32,000 nt of DNA from Pseudoalteromonas tetraodonis. GTDB taxonomy: Bacteria > Pseudomonadota > Gammaproteobacteria > Enterobacterales > Alteromonadaceae. The notes beneath the pieces are model-generated. The model was not told the DNA's origin, made no database searches, and saw only the letters and a program-made list of their open reading frames with translations. Positions 11,480-20,659 of this stretch are shown here, in pieces. The stretch covers positions 420,001 to 452,000 of the forward strand of contig NZ_CP011041.1 of assembly GCF_002310835.1 (NCBI RefSeq), given 5' to 3'. Position numbers and translations under genes: made by a program. Numbering within the stretch: position 1 is the first letter of the stretch; each line of letters opens with the position of its first letter.

Positions 11480-12832
11480 TTACTGAATTAATACAAAAAT
11501 AGATTCACGTCCGCGTTTCACACCTAACACAATATTACCTTGAATATCTTCGATAATTTTGTTCATGTCGCGAATGCTTTCTACTCGTTGACGGTTTACT
11601 TGCACAATAACATCGCCTTCTTCAAGGCCAACCCGTGCTGATGGCGAACGAGGGTCTACAGAGGTCACCTCAATCCCTTTCATTTTGTTCTTCTTCACGT
11701 TTTCAAGCGTTGCACCTTGGAATGCTGGGTGTAACTCTTCGCCCGCAGCGGTAATGCCTGATGCACCATCTAGGGTTACTTCCACATTTTTAACTTTACC
11801 GTCACGGTAAATCCCCAACTGTACTTCACGACCCTCACCTAAGGTGGCAATTTTACTGCGTAGTTCATGGAAGCCACTAATTTCACTACCATTAATACTA
11901 ATAATCACATCGCCTGCTTTAATACCGGCTTTGCTGGCTGCGGTGTCATCCATTACCTGCATAACATAAGCCCCTTGTTTAACATCAAGCTGCTGTGCTT
12001 TAGCAAGGCCTGCATCAAGAGGGCGGCCTGAAATACCTAACGAACCACGGCGTACTTCACCATGCTCTACAATTTGATCAACTAGGTTTTTCATCATATT
12101 TGACGGAATAGCAAAGCCAATCCCCACATTTCCGCCTGATGCACCTAAAATAGCGGTATTAATACCAATCAGCTCACCGTTTAAATTAACTAAAGCCCCA
12201 CCTGAGTTACCTTGGTTTATCGCGGCATCGGTTTGAATGAAATCTTCGTAACCCTCAATATTTAAGCCACTGCGGCCTAATGCGCTAACAATACCTGAGG
12301 TAACCGTGTGGCTTAAACCAAAAGGGTTACCAATTGCGACGGCAAAATCACCGACACGTAAGTCATCTGAGTTAGCTAGCTTTACTGCGGTTAATTCATC
12401 TGCGTCTATTTGTAGTAGCGCAATATCAGACTCTTTATCGCTACCAATTTTTGTTGCTTCATATTCGCGGCCATCCTCAAGAGTGACCACCATTTTTTCA
12501 GCGTCTTGCACTACATGGTTGTTAGTAACGACATAACCTTTGTCAGCATCAATAATAACTCCTGAGCCTAAACCACTAAACTGGCGCTTTTGGCTACGTG
12601 GCTGCGGGTTGCCAAAAAAGAAATCGAGCGGGTCACCGCGTCGGCGAACCTCTTTAGAGCCTGAAACCTGAATACTCACTACACCTGGGGTAATTTGCTC
12701 AAGCATAGGGGCAAGTGTTGGTAATTGTTGACCATTAACGGCAACCGGCAATTTAGCAAACGAAGCGGCTGGACTTAGTAATAAGCTAGTAGATAAAATA
12801 GCAGCACTGATAAGTGATAATTTCATTTTCAT
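11480..12832 (-). CDS. degQ: Periplasmic serine endoprotease DegQ/DegP family (protease domain plus two PDZ)
   Basis: The 450-aa product has a signal peptide, the GNSGGAL motif and two PDZ domains. The zapE-zapG-degQ-degS order matches E. coli. Confidence 0.88.
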   Translation of the reverse strand: MKMKLSLISAAILSTSLLLSPAASFAKLPVAVNGQQLPTLAPMLEQITPGVVSIQVSGSKEVRRRGDPLDFFFGNPQPRSQKRQFSGLGSGVIIDADKGYVVTNNHVVQDAEKMVVTLEDGREYEATKIGSDKESDIALLQIDADELTAVKLANSDDLRVGDFAVAIGNPFGLSHTVTSGIVSALGRSGLNIEGYEDFIQTDAAINQGNSGGALVNLNGELIGINTAILGASGGNVGIGFAIPSNMMKNLVDQIVEHGEVRRGSLGISGRPLDAGLAKAQQLDVKQGAYVMQVMDDTAASKAGIKAGDVIISINGSEISGFHELRSKIATLGEGREVQLGIYRDGKVKNVEVTLDGASGITAAGEELHPAFQGATLENVKKNKMKGIEVTSVDPRSPSARVGLEEGDVIVQVNRQRVESIRDMNKIIEDIQGNIVLGVKRGRESIFVLIQ

Positions 12833-12851
12833 AGTCAGGGTTTACTCCACT

Positions 12852-12889
12852 TAAAAAGCAAAAGGCTGCAATAAGCAGCCTCAAAAAAG
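12852..12889 (-). terminator. Intrinsic terminator after zapG
   Basis: The stem pairs AGGCTGC (12863-12869) with GCAGCCT (12875-12881). A T-rich tract follows on the minus strand. Confidence 0.6.
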
Positions 12890-12954
12890 TATATCAATAA
12901 GATAAAACAACAAAGCTGTTATATCTAAAGACTATGGGGTCAAAAAAAAGTTCA

Positions 12955-13389
12955 TCAAGATGCTTTAGAAGTATTCACATCACCAGCAAATAATCCTGAT
13001 TTACCCGACACATAATCAGCTGGTTGAGCATCGGCGTTTGAGCGATCTGAACTACGCTCTTTTAATGACGCTTGTAATTGCTCTGTGGTTTCTTTAGAGA
13101 AAAACGGTTCAGCAGGGGCTTTATTTCTGTCTTCAAGTAATAGTTGATTGGTTTCTTCAACATGGCTTAATAACTGGTCGTAGTTTTCTTTCATTTTGTT
13201 TACTAACTTACCAGTGTTCGCTAAATGGTCGGCAACATCTTGACGATACTGCTCAAGCGAATGCTTAGCTTGCTCTGCTTGTTGCTCTAACTCATCTTGC
13301 TTAAATTGTTTTTTAGTGACAAAGGCACCAACGAAAAATGCAGCAATAGCAACCACTATCACTAAACCTACCCATGTAAATGTACCCAT
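12955..13389 (-). CDS. zapG: Z-ring associated protein ZapG (YhcB, DUF1043)
   Basis: The 144-aa product has an N-terminal TM helix followed by a coiled coil. It is divergent from zapE. Confidence 0.85.
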   Translation of the reverse strand: MGTFTWVGLVIVVAIAAFFVGAFVTKKQFKQDELEQQAEQAKHSLEQYRQDVADHLANTGKLVNKMKENYDQLLSHVEETNQLLLEDRNKAPAEPFFSKETTEQLQASLKERSSDRSNADAQPADYVSGKSGLFAGDVNTSKAS

Positions 13390-13522
13390 AAATTCACCTC
13401 TATGCGAAAATAACTAAAAAAATTTAGTTCAATAATAATTCATACTAAGTCTAATATACCCTGAGTATTGATGCGTGTTAATATGCTTTACAAATTAAAC
13501 TGTGTTTTAACTGTAAATAGAT

Positions 13523-14611
13523 ATGACTCCTTGGCAAACATACCAGCAAGACCTTCAACGCGATGACTTTGTACATGACGCAGCGCAAGAAAATGCAGTT
13601 CGTCATTTACAGCGTTTATACGACGATTTAACACAAGCAAAACCACAATCTAAAGGCTTTTTTGCAAAGCTTTTTAATAAAGCAGAGCCAGCTCCCATTA
13701 AAGGTTTATACTTTTGGGGTGGCGTAGGCCGTGGTAAAACTTACCTTGTTGATACTTTTTACGAAGCTTTACCGAGCGATAGAAAAATGCGAGTGCATTT
13801 TCACCGCTTTATGCACCGAGTACACGACGAGCTTAAAAAGTTAAACAACACAGCAAACCCATTAGAAACAGTTGCCGATATTTTTAAAGCAGAAACAGAC
13901 ATAATTTGTTTTGATGAGTTTTTTGTACAAGACATTACCGATGCCATGCTGCTCGGTGGTTTAATGGAAGCGCTATTTGCTCGTGGTATTGTGTTGGTTG
14001 CAACCTCTAATATTATACCTGATGATTTATACCGCAATGGCTTACAACGCGCTCGTTTTTTACCGGCTATTGCCTTAGTGAATAAGCATACTGAAATAGT
14101 TAATGTAGATTCCGGTGTTGATTACCGGTTACGTACACTGGAACAAGCAGAAATTTTTCACAGCCCGCTTGATGAGCAAGCTGATAAAAACCTATTTGAA
14201 TACTTTGATAAGCTCTCCCCTGAGGCCGGTAAAGTAGACACCCCAATTGAAATAGAAGGGCGGATGATCAAAACCCGCAAGGTGTCTGATTGCATCGTTA
14301 TGTTTGAATTTAGCGAACTGTGTGAAACCGCGCGTAGCCAAGTGGATTACATGGAAATAAGCCGATTATATAACACGGTGATTTTATCAAACGTAAAACA
14401 GCTTGGACAAAATAATGATGATGCAGCAAGGCGTTTTATTGCGCTAGTTGATGAGTTTTATGAGCGCAATGTAACGTTAATTATCTCTGCAGAAAAACCC
14501 ATTACTGAGCTGTACACACAAGGCAATTTAAACTTTGAATTTAAACGCTGTATTAGTCGCCTGCAAGAAATGCAATCGTTAGAATATTTAGCCCGAGAGC
14601 ATTTAGCTTAA
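13523..14611 (+). CDS. zapE: Cell division protein ZapE (AFG1-like ATPase, YhcM)
   Basis: The 362-aa product has Walker A GGVGRGKT and Walker B ICFDEF. Confidence 0.9.
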   Translation: MTPWQTYQQDLQRDDFVHDAAQENAVRHLQRLYDDLTQAKPQSKGFFAKLFNKAEPAPIKGLYFWGGVGRGKTYLVDTFYEALPSDRKMRVHFHRFMHRVHDELKKLNNTANPLETVADIFKAETDIICFDEFFVQDITDAMLLGGLMEALFARGIVLVATSNIIPDDLYRNGLQRARFLPAIALVNKHTEIVNVDSGVDYRLRTLEQAEIFHSPLDEQADKNLFEYFDKLSPEAGKVDTPIEIEGRMIKTRKVSDCIVMFEFSELCETARSQVDYMEISRLYNTVILSNVKQLGQNNDDAARRFIALVDEFYERNVTLIISAEKPITELYTQGNLNFEFKRCISRLQEMQSLEYLAREHLA

Positions 14612-14699
14612 AATACGAAGGTTAGCGGGCGACGGGCTACGAGCTACGAGTTGAAATTACCTAGCAGCGGGTTTACCCCGCGTAAAGTTGGTCATTTAA

Positions 14700-14740
14700 A
14701 ATAAAAAACCTTGCGATGTTAACCGCAAGGTTTTTTTATT
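14700..14740. terminator. Bidirectional intrinsic terminator between convergent zapE and gor
   Basis: The stem pairs ACCTTGCG (14708-14715) with CGCAAGGT (14724-14731). It is flanked by an A-run and a T-run. Confidence 0.75.
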
Positions 14741-14756
14741 TTCTCGAACCTCGAGC

Positions 14757-16118
14757 TTATCTCATGGTAACAAACTCTTCCGAACCCGTCGGGTGTAGTG
14801 CGACGACCGCATCAAAATCGGCTTTAGTTGCGCCCATTTTCATGGCGACTGCAAAACCCTGAATCATTTCATCAACGGTAAAACCAATACCGTGTAAGCC
14901 CACAACTTTTTCATCATCGCCTGCACACACAAGCATCATGTTACATGCTTGGCGATGCTGAGTAACTGCGGTGTACATAGCCGCAAAGCTTGATTTATAT
15001 ACTTTTACATTTTCTTCGCCGTACTGAGAAATCGCCTCTTGTTCAGTTAAGCCAATGGTGCCGATAGGTGGATGGCTAAATACCACGGTTGGTACTAGGC
15101 TGTAGTCCATTTTCAAATCATCCGGCAGCGCTTTATTAAATAAACGCTCCGATAGAGTACGACCCGCTTTTACAGCAACTGGTGTAAGCTCAATACCATT
15201 TTCGATAATATCACCCACAGCGTATACATTTTTAGCCGTGGTGTTTTGGTATTCATCTACTTTTACATAGCCGCTTTCGTTTACTTCTACGCCTGCTGCA
15301 GCAAGGTTAATTTTATCGGTTGTAGGTGTACGACCAATCGCCCAAATAACCTGATCAACATTTTCGCTGTAACCGTTTTCAAAATGAATAGTTAAGCTGC
15401 CATCAGCCTCTTTTACCACCTCTTTTGGCGAACACTCAGTGTGCAGAGTAGGGCCTTCTTTTGCCATAATATCAACCAGTGTGTCGATAATGTATGGGTC
15501 AAAGGTGCGCAGCGGCTTGCTCTTACGAACAAATAAATGGGTTTGTGTCCCTAGGCTGTGTAGCACACCTGCAATTTCTACGGCAATGTAACCTGCACCA
15601 ACAACAGCAACACGCTTAGGTTGTTCGTTCAGCTCAAAAAAGCCGTTTGAATCAATACCGTGTTCAGCACCTGGAATATTAGGAATAGTAGGGCGTCCGC
15701 CTACGGCGACTAAAATGTGATCAGCAGTGTAATGCTCACCATTTACTTCAACGGTTTTACTATCCACAAATTTTGCAAAGCCTTTGATCACAGTTACGCC
15801 ATTTTTAGCTAAACCATTATCATAGCCTTTGTGAATGCGGCCAATATAGGCTTCACGGCTTTCTACTAGCTTTGACCAGTCAAAGCCTTTAACTTCAACA
15901 TCAAAACCGTAATCAGGAGCATAAAGATTAATTGCTTCAGCAACTTGAGCGCCATGCCACATTACTTTTTTAGGAACACACCCTACGTTTACGCAGGTGC
16001 CACCCATGTGTTTAGCTTCAATTAATGCTACTTTTGCGCCACGCATTGCTGCACGGTTAGCTGATGCAATACCACCACTACCGCCACCAATTGCAATGTA
16101 ATCAAAATGCTGAGCCAT
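14757..16118 (-). CDS. gor: Glutathione-disulfide reductase
   Basis: The 453-aa product has the FAD motif GGGSGG and the redox-active site [13 protein letters not shown]. The C-terminal [12 protein letters not shown] is typical of Gor. Confidence 0.93.
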   Translation of the reverse strand: MAQHFDYIAIGGGSGGIASANRAAMRGAKVALIEAKHMGGTCVNVGCVPKKVMWHGAQVAEAINLYAPDYGFDVEVKGFDWSKLVESREAYIGRIHKGYDNGLAKNGVTVIKGFAKFVDSKTVEVNGEHYTADHILVAVGGRPTIPNIPGAEHGIDSNGFFELNEQPKRVAVVGAGYIAVEIAGVLHSLGTQTHLFVRKSKPLRTFDPYIIDTLVDIMAKEGPTLHTECSPKEVVKEADGSLTIHFENGYSENVDQVIWAIGRTPTTDKINLAAAGVEVNESGYVKVDEYQNTTAKNVYAVGDIIENGIELTPVAVKAGRTLSERLFNKALPDDLKMDYSLVPTVVFSHPPIGTIGLTEQEAISQYGEENVKVYKSSFAAMYTAVTQHRQACNMMLVCAGDDEKVVGLHGIGFTVDEMIQGFAVAMKMGATKADFDAVVALHPTGSEEFVTMR

Positions 16119-16306
16119 GTTTAATCCTCTAAATATTAATTTAACTTTTCTGTGCCGATGATAGCATATGCGATGAGCAAGTCACTTGTTCGGGGCTGCT
16201 AAAATCTATCAAACATCCTTCATCAAACGAAAGATATGCTATTTCAGATCAAGCTGCTAAGTGATCATTTACAGATACACACTCGTTAACTAGTAAAGCA
16301 GGTTTG

Positions 16307-16336
16307 CCCTTGTATTTACGTATTTTGCCCCAACTT
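16307..16336 (+). promoter_or_regulatory. Candidate sigma-32 (heat shock) promoter of prlC
   Basis: The sequence is CCCTTGTA, 13 nt of spacer, then CCCCAACTT. The consensus is CCCTTGAA, N13-17, CCCCATNT. It lies about 35 nt upstream of the ATG at 16371. Confidence 0.45.
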
Positions 16337-16370
16337 AAATTTTTATATTTTGCATAAACCGAGAATCACT

Positions 16371-18422
16371 ATGACCAATGCACATACTAATCCCCTAATC
16401 GGGCTTGAAGGTTTACCGCCTTTTTCAAAAATAAAGCCAGAGCATGTTGTCCCGGCACTAAAAAAAGGTATTGAGCACTGTCGCAGTGCAATTAATGATG
16501 TATTAGCAAAGCAATCATACACATGGGAAGATTTAGTATTACCCCTTGAAGAAGCTGACGATAAACTATCGCGATTGTTTTCACCGGTATCGCATTTGAA
16601 CTCAGTAATGAACAATGATGAACTTCGCGAAGCCTACGAGCAATGTTTACCGCTTATTTCTGAATACTCTACTTTTGTTGGTCAGCACCAAGGTTTATAT
16701 GAGGCTTACAACGCACTTTATAACAGTGACGAATTTAAAACACTCACTACTGCCCAGCAAAAAACCATTACTAACGCATTACGTGACTTTAAGCTTTCAG
16801 GTATTGCGTTAAATCCTGAGCAACAAAAACGCTACGGTGAAATTAGTGCGCGTTTATCAGAGCTTGCCTCAAAATTTGGTAATAATGTGATGGATGCCAC
16901 GCTTGCATGGCATAAGCATATTACTGATGAAAGCCAATTGGCTGGTTTACCAGAATCAGCGCTTGCATTAGCGGCCGATACGGCAAAAAGTAAAGAGCTA
17001 GATGGCTGGGTATTTACCCTAGATTTCCCTTCATATTTGCCGATCATGACCTATGCAGATAATCGTGAACTTCGTGAAGAAACATACACCGCGTTTTCAA
17101 CCCGTGCATCCGATCAAGGCCCTAATGCGGGAGAGTTTGATAACTCAGCCATAATGAGCGAAGAACTTGCACTGCGTCATGAGTTAGCACAATTACTTGG
17201 CTTTAATAACTACGCTGAAAAATCGTTGGCTACAAAAATGGCAGAATCACCCGCGCAGGTATTCTCATTTTTAGAAGACTTAGCTGCTAAGTCTAAACCA
17301 CAAGCAGAGCAAGAACTTAAAGAGCTGCAATTATATGCAGAGCAAAAGCATGGTATTAGTGAAATGCAGGCGTGGGATTTTGGTTATTACAGTGAAAAAC
17401 TAAAGCAAGAAAAGTACGCGATTTCAGATGAAGTTCTTCGCCCGTACTTCCCAGCAAATAAAGTACTAAGTGGCTTATTTGAAACGGTTAATCGCCTATT
17501 TGGTATTACTGTAAAAGAAGTCGCTGATTTTGATAGCTACCATAAAGATGTACGCTTTTTTGAAATTTATGACAGCAATAACACTTTACGTGGTCGTTTT
17601 TACTTAGATTTGTATGCGCGCGATCACAAGCGTGGTGGTGCGTGGATGGATGACTGTATGGGTCGAAAAGTGCGCGCAAATGGCGAGCTACAAACACCGG
17701 TTGCTTACCTGGTGTGTAATTTCAATAAAGCGATTGGCGATAAGCCTGCTTTGTTTACCCATAATGAAGTAACCACACTGTTTCATGAGTTTGGTCACGG
17801 TATTCATCATATGCTTACCCAAGTGGATACAGCCCCCGTTGCCGGTATTAATGGGGTAGCGTGGGATGCCGTTGAGTTGCCAAGTCAGTTTTTAGAAAAC
17901 TGGTGTTACGAGGAAGAAGCGCTTAGCTTTATCTCAGGTCACTTCGAAACCGGTGAGCCACTACCAAAAGAGTTGCTTGATAAACTACTTGCGGCTAAAA
18001 ATTATAACTCAGGTATGCAAATGTTAAGACAACTTGAGTTCTCGTTATTTGATTTTAAAATCCACCACGATTACGTGGCAGACAAACCATGTAACATTCA
18101 AGCTGTGCTTGATGATGTACGCAGTCGTACCTCAGTCATTAAGCCGCCAGCGTTTAATCGTTTTCAGCATGGCTTTAGTCATATTTTTGCGGGCGGTTAT
18201 AGCGCAGGTTATTACTCGTACAAATGGGCTGAAGTACTTTCGGCAGACGCCTATTCTAAATTTGAAGAAGAGGGGATTTTTAATCCACAAACAGGCCAAG
18301 CGTTTATGCAGCAGATTCTTGAAAAAGGCGGCAGTGAAGAGCCAATGGCACTGTTTAAAAACTTCCGTGGTCGTGAGCCAAGTGTAGACGCACTACTACG
18401 CCACAGTGGCATTGCCGCTTAG
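16371..18422 (+). CDS. prlC: Oligopeptidase A (M3 family zinc metallopeptidase)
   Basis: The product has the HEFGH zinc motif (FHEFGHGIHH) and the length and family pattern of PrlC/OpdA. I prefer the ATG at 16371 (MTNAHTNPL) over the TTG at 16350 in the track. Confidence 0.94.
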   Translation: MTNAHTNPLIGLEGLPPFSKIKPEHVVPALKKGIEHCRSAINDVLAKQSYTWEDLVLPLEEADDKLSRLFSPVSHLNSVMNNDELREAYEQCLPLISEYSTFVGQHQGLYEAYNALYNSDEFKTLTTAQQKTITNALRDFKLSGIALNPEQQKRYGEISARLSELASKFGNNVMDATLAWHKHITDESQLAGLPESALALAADTAKSKELDGWVFTLDFPSYLPIMTYADNRELREETYTAFSTRASDQGPNAGEFDNSAIMSEELALRHELAQLLGFNNYAEKSLATKMAESPAQVFSFLEDLAAKSKPQAEQELKELQLYAEQKHGISEMQAWDFGYYSEKLKQEKYAISDEVLRPYFPANKVLSGLFETVNRLFGITVKEVADFDSYHKDVRFFEIYDSNNTLRGRFYLDLYARDHKRGGAWMDDCMGRKVRANGELQTPVAYLVCNFNKAIGDKPALFTHNEVTTLFHEFGHGIHHMLTQVDTAPVAGINGVAWDAVELPSQFLENWCYEEEALSFISGHFETGEPLPKELLDKLLAAKNYNSGMQMLRQLEFSLFDFKIHHDYVADKPCNIQAVLDDVRSRTSVIKPPAFNRFQHGFSHIFAGGYSAGYYSYKWAEVLSADAYSKFEEEGIFNPQTGQAFMQQILEKGGSEEPMALFKNFRGREPSVDALLRHSGIAA

Positions 18423-18449
18423 GGTCTATTGACCTTTGCGGATTAAAAT
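18423..18449. repeat. Solo copy of the left terminus of the 681-941 element
   Basis: GGTCTATTGACCTTTGCGGATTAAAAT matches 681-707 (GGTCTGTTGACCTTTACGGATTAAAAT) at 25 of 27 positions. It begins immediately after the prlC stop codon. Confidence 0.6.
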
Positions 18450-18455
18450 ATAATT

Positions 18456-18483
18456 AAAAAAGCGCCCCAGTGGCGCTTTTTTA
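18456..18483 (+). terminator. Intrinsic terminator after prlC
   Basis: The stem pairs AGCGCC (18461-18466) with GGCGCT (18472-18477). A T-run follows. Confidence 0.75.
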
Positions 18484-18584
18484 TTGCCTAAAACACAGTA
18501 TTGTTAAAGAATATTTTGAATAAATTTTAGTAGTTTCAACATAGCGTACTATGCTTTGAACAAAGTACTAAAAGGGACTAACGC

Positions 18585-19763
18585 ATGGCAAAGTTAATAC
18601 TGGCAATTGATGACGATAAATTAATGCACCATATTATTGAAGAGTCTTTAGCTGGGTTTTGTAAAGTGCTCCATGCCAAAAATGGTGAAGATGGCATAAG
18701 ACAAGCAAATAAGTATAACCCTGATATTATTTTGCTTGATGTTGAAATGCCGGGTATGTCTGGTTATGAGGTCTGCCAAAGTATTAAACAAAATAAAGCC
18801 ACAACAGACATTCCGGTAATGTTTTTATCATCCAAAGTGGGGCAGGCCGAACGTATTAAAGGGTTTAGTGTTGGCGGGGCTGACTATATTTTAAAGCCTT
18901 TTAACGCACAGGAGCTGATGGCACGCATTAAAATTCTTTACCAGTACCGCAAGCAATGCGCAGCACTGCAGTATGATATAGCAAAGGCCAATAAAACAGC
19001 TGAAATGGCGATGATTGAAACCGGTGACATGGGACGCATTATGCGCTTTGTTTGTCAAAGCTACCATGCTGATAATTTAGAACTATTAAGTGAATACTTT
19101 TTAGGCTTTTTTACGCCATTACACCTCAATGTTGTGGTCGTTTTTTGGCAAAATAACCAGGGAGTGTTTTATAGCCAAGAGACGGGCGTATGCCCATTAG
19201 AGCAAGAGCTACTCATGCAGCATAAAAATGCAGAGCGCTTTGTTGATATTGGTCATAGTACTATTATTAATTACCCTAATATTTCACTGTTAATTAAAAA
19301 TATGCCAATAGATACGCCATCACTGTATGGTCGCTATAAAGATTTATTTCCGCATATTTTAGAAGTAACTAACGAAAAAGTAGTTACTATACAGCAGCAC
19401 CAATATCGACTAATGCGCGACAATGAGCTAACCCTTGCTTTTAAAGATATTGTTGCCCAGCTTAAAAATCAAAATGCCATGCAAACGAATGCGATTAGCC
19501 AGCTTACAGAGCAGCTCGAGCAACTCCAATCGTTAATGCAAACACAAAATGACTTACCAGCTTCGCAGCTCAATGAGCAAATAACTCAGCTTAGCCATAC
19601 ATCACAGCAGCTGGTTGCAACCACGAATGATTTAGCGTTTATCAAGCACCAACTAAAAACAACTACTCAACAGCGTGATGACTTAATTACTCAAACACAA
19701 CTAAGTAAACAACAAGCGCAGCCAGAATCTGAGAGTGAAAATAACGATATTGAGTTGTTTTAA
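18585..19763 (+). CDS. Orphan response regulator: CheY-like receiver, an uncharacterised C-terminal domain of about 270 aa, and a Gln-rich coiled-coil tail
   Basis: The receiver residues are all present: DDD at 9-11, the phospho-acceptor in LLDVEMPGMSG, FLSS and ILKPF. I recognise no DNA-binding or enzymatic motif in residues 125-392. Confidence 0.8.
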   Translation: MAKLILAIDDDKLMHHIIEESLAGFCKVLHAKNGEDGIRQANKYNPDIILLDVEMPGMSGYEVCQSIKQNKATTDIPVMFLSSKVGQAERIKGFSVGGADYILKPFNAQELMARIKILYQYRKQCAALQYDIAKANKTAEMAMIETGDMGRIMRFVCQSYHADNLELLSEYFLGFFTPLHLNVVVVFWQNNQGVFYSQETGVCPLEQELLMQHKNAERFVDIGHSTIINYPNISLLIKNMPIDTPSLYGRYKDLFPHILEVTNEKVVTIQQHQYRLMRDNELTLAFKDIVAQLKNQNAMQTNAISQLTEQLEQLQSLMQTQNDLPASQLNEQITQLSHTSQQLVATTNDLAFIKHQLKTTTQQRDDLITQTQLSKQQAQPESESENNDIELF

Positions 19764-19804
19764 ACTATACACCTTGCGAACTTCGTATATTGCTGCTGTT
19801 TGGG

Positions 19805-19810
19805 TATAAT
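19805..19810 (+). promoter_or_regulatory. Candidate -10 box (perfect TATAAT) upstream of rsmJ
   Basis: TATAAT lies 30 nt upstream of the GTG start. There is no good -35 element at standard spacing. Confidence 0.25.
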
Positions 19811-19839
19811 AGCGGTGAAATTTATCATCGGAGTGTGAA

Positions 19840-20595
19840 GTGATTATACAGTGTGCGTTTAAAGAGTGTCGGCCATATTTGAATGAGTTAGAAACACGCT
19901 TTGGGCTTGCTCAATGGGCGGAGCAAAGCCGTGGCTTTAGTTTGCATTACGATGATAAAGGGCTAAGCCTATATAAAACTGATGAGCCTAAACTAGGTGC
20001 AATTAACGTAGACTTTGTAACTGGTGCCGTTGCACATAGGCGTAAATTTGGTGGTGGTAAAGGGCAATCAATTGCTAAAGCGGTTGGCCTTAATAAGGGC
20101 GCAACGCCAGTGGTACTCGATGCAACCGCAGGGCTTGGACGTGATGGTTTTGTTTTAGCTTCGCTAGGCTGTAAAGTGATTTTGCATGAGCGCCACCCCG
20201 TGGTTGCCGCGCTGTTATATGACGGTTTACAACGTGCTTATAACGATAGTGAAATTGGCCCATGGATGCAGCAAAATATGAGCTTAATATTTGGCTCAAG
20301 CCATACCTTACTTGCTCAATGTGACAGCATGCCCGATGTAGTGTACTTAGATCCTATGTTTCCGCACCGTGAAAAATCAGCATTGGTTAAAAAAGAAATG
20401 CGCGTATTCCAAGAATTAGTAGGTGGCGATACCGACGCCGATGATTTACTCGAGTTTGCCTACCCCCTTGCCAGCAAACGTGTGGTGGTTAAACGCCCCG
20501 ATTACGCACCATTTTTAAATGATAAAACTCCAAGCATGCAAATCAAAACTAAAAAGAACCGCTTTGATGTATATGTAAAAGCCGCGATGGTTTAG
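19840..20595 (+). CDS. rsmJ: 16S rRNA (guanine1516-N2)-methyltransferase RsmJ (YhiQ)
   Basis: The 251-aa product starts at GTG and has the SAM-binding motif [16 protein letters not shown]. It lies near prlC, as in enterics. Confidence 0.9.
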   Translation: MIIQCAFKECRPYLNELETRFGLAQWAEQSRGFSLHYDDKGLSLYKTDEPKLGAINVDFVTGAVAHRRKFGGGKGQSIAKAVGLNKGATPVVLDATAGLGRDGFVLASLGCKVILHERHPVVAALLYDGLQRAYNDSEIGPWMQQNMSLIFGSSHTLLAQCDSMPDVVYLDPMFPHREKSALVKKEMRVFQELVGGDTDADDLLEFAYPLASKRVVVKRPDYAPFLNDKTPSMQIKTKKNRFDVYVKAAMV

Positions 20596-20609
20596 GTTAA
20601 AGGTTAAAG

Positions 20610-20659
20610 TGTCGCTGCAACCATAGTTTGACATAATACAACCATAGTTTGACATAATT
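20610..20659 (+). mobile_element. Putative right end of a Tn7-like (TnsB/TniA-type) transposon: 8-bp terminus plus two abutting 21-bp repeats
   Basis: TGTCGCTG occupies 20610-20617. CAACCATAGTTTGACATAATA occupies 20618-20638 and is repeated at 20639-20659 (20 of 21). This mirrors the Tn7R layout of an 8-bp TGT terminus followed by contiguous TnsB sites. It lies 14 nt past the rsmJ stop. Confidence 0.6.

Noticed and set aside
14636-14756. Tandem heptamer GCTACGA x2 (14636-14649) and a loosely complementary CTCGAACCTCGAG (about 14743-14755) flanking the zapE/gor terminator
   Set aside because: The complementarity is imperfect and short. The canonical terminator hairpin at 14708-14731 already explains the region.
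16343-18387. ORFs 16343-16615(-), 16615-16812(+), 16832-17047(-), 17506-17697(-) and 18034-18387(+)
   Set aside because: All are nested in or overlap prlC in alternative frames. prlC is full-length and carries the HEFGH motif.
20595-20608. Tandem GGTTAAA GGTTAAA immediately before the putative transposon terminus, considered as a target-site duplication
   Set aside because: Tn7-family target duplications are 5 bp long and flank the two ends of the element. They do not sit in tandem on one side. This is more likely slippage or chance in AT-rich DNA.
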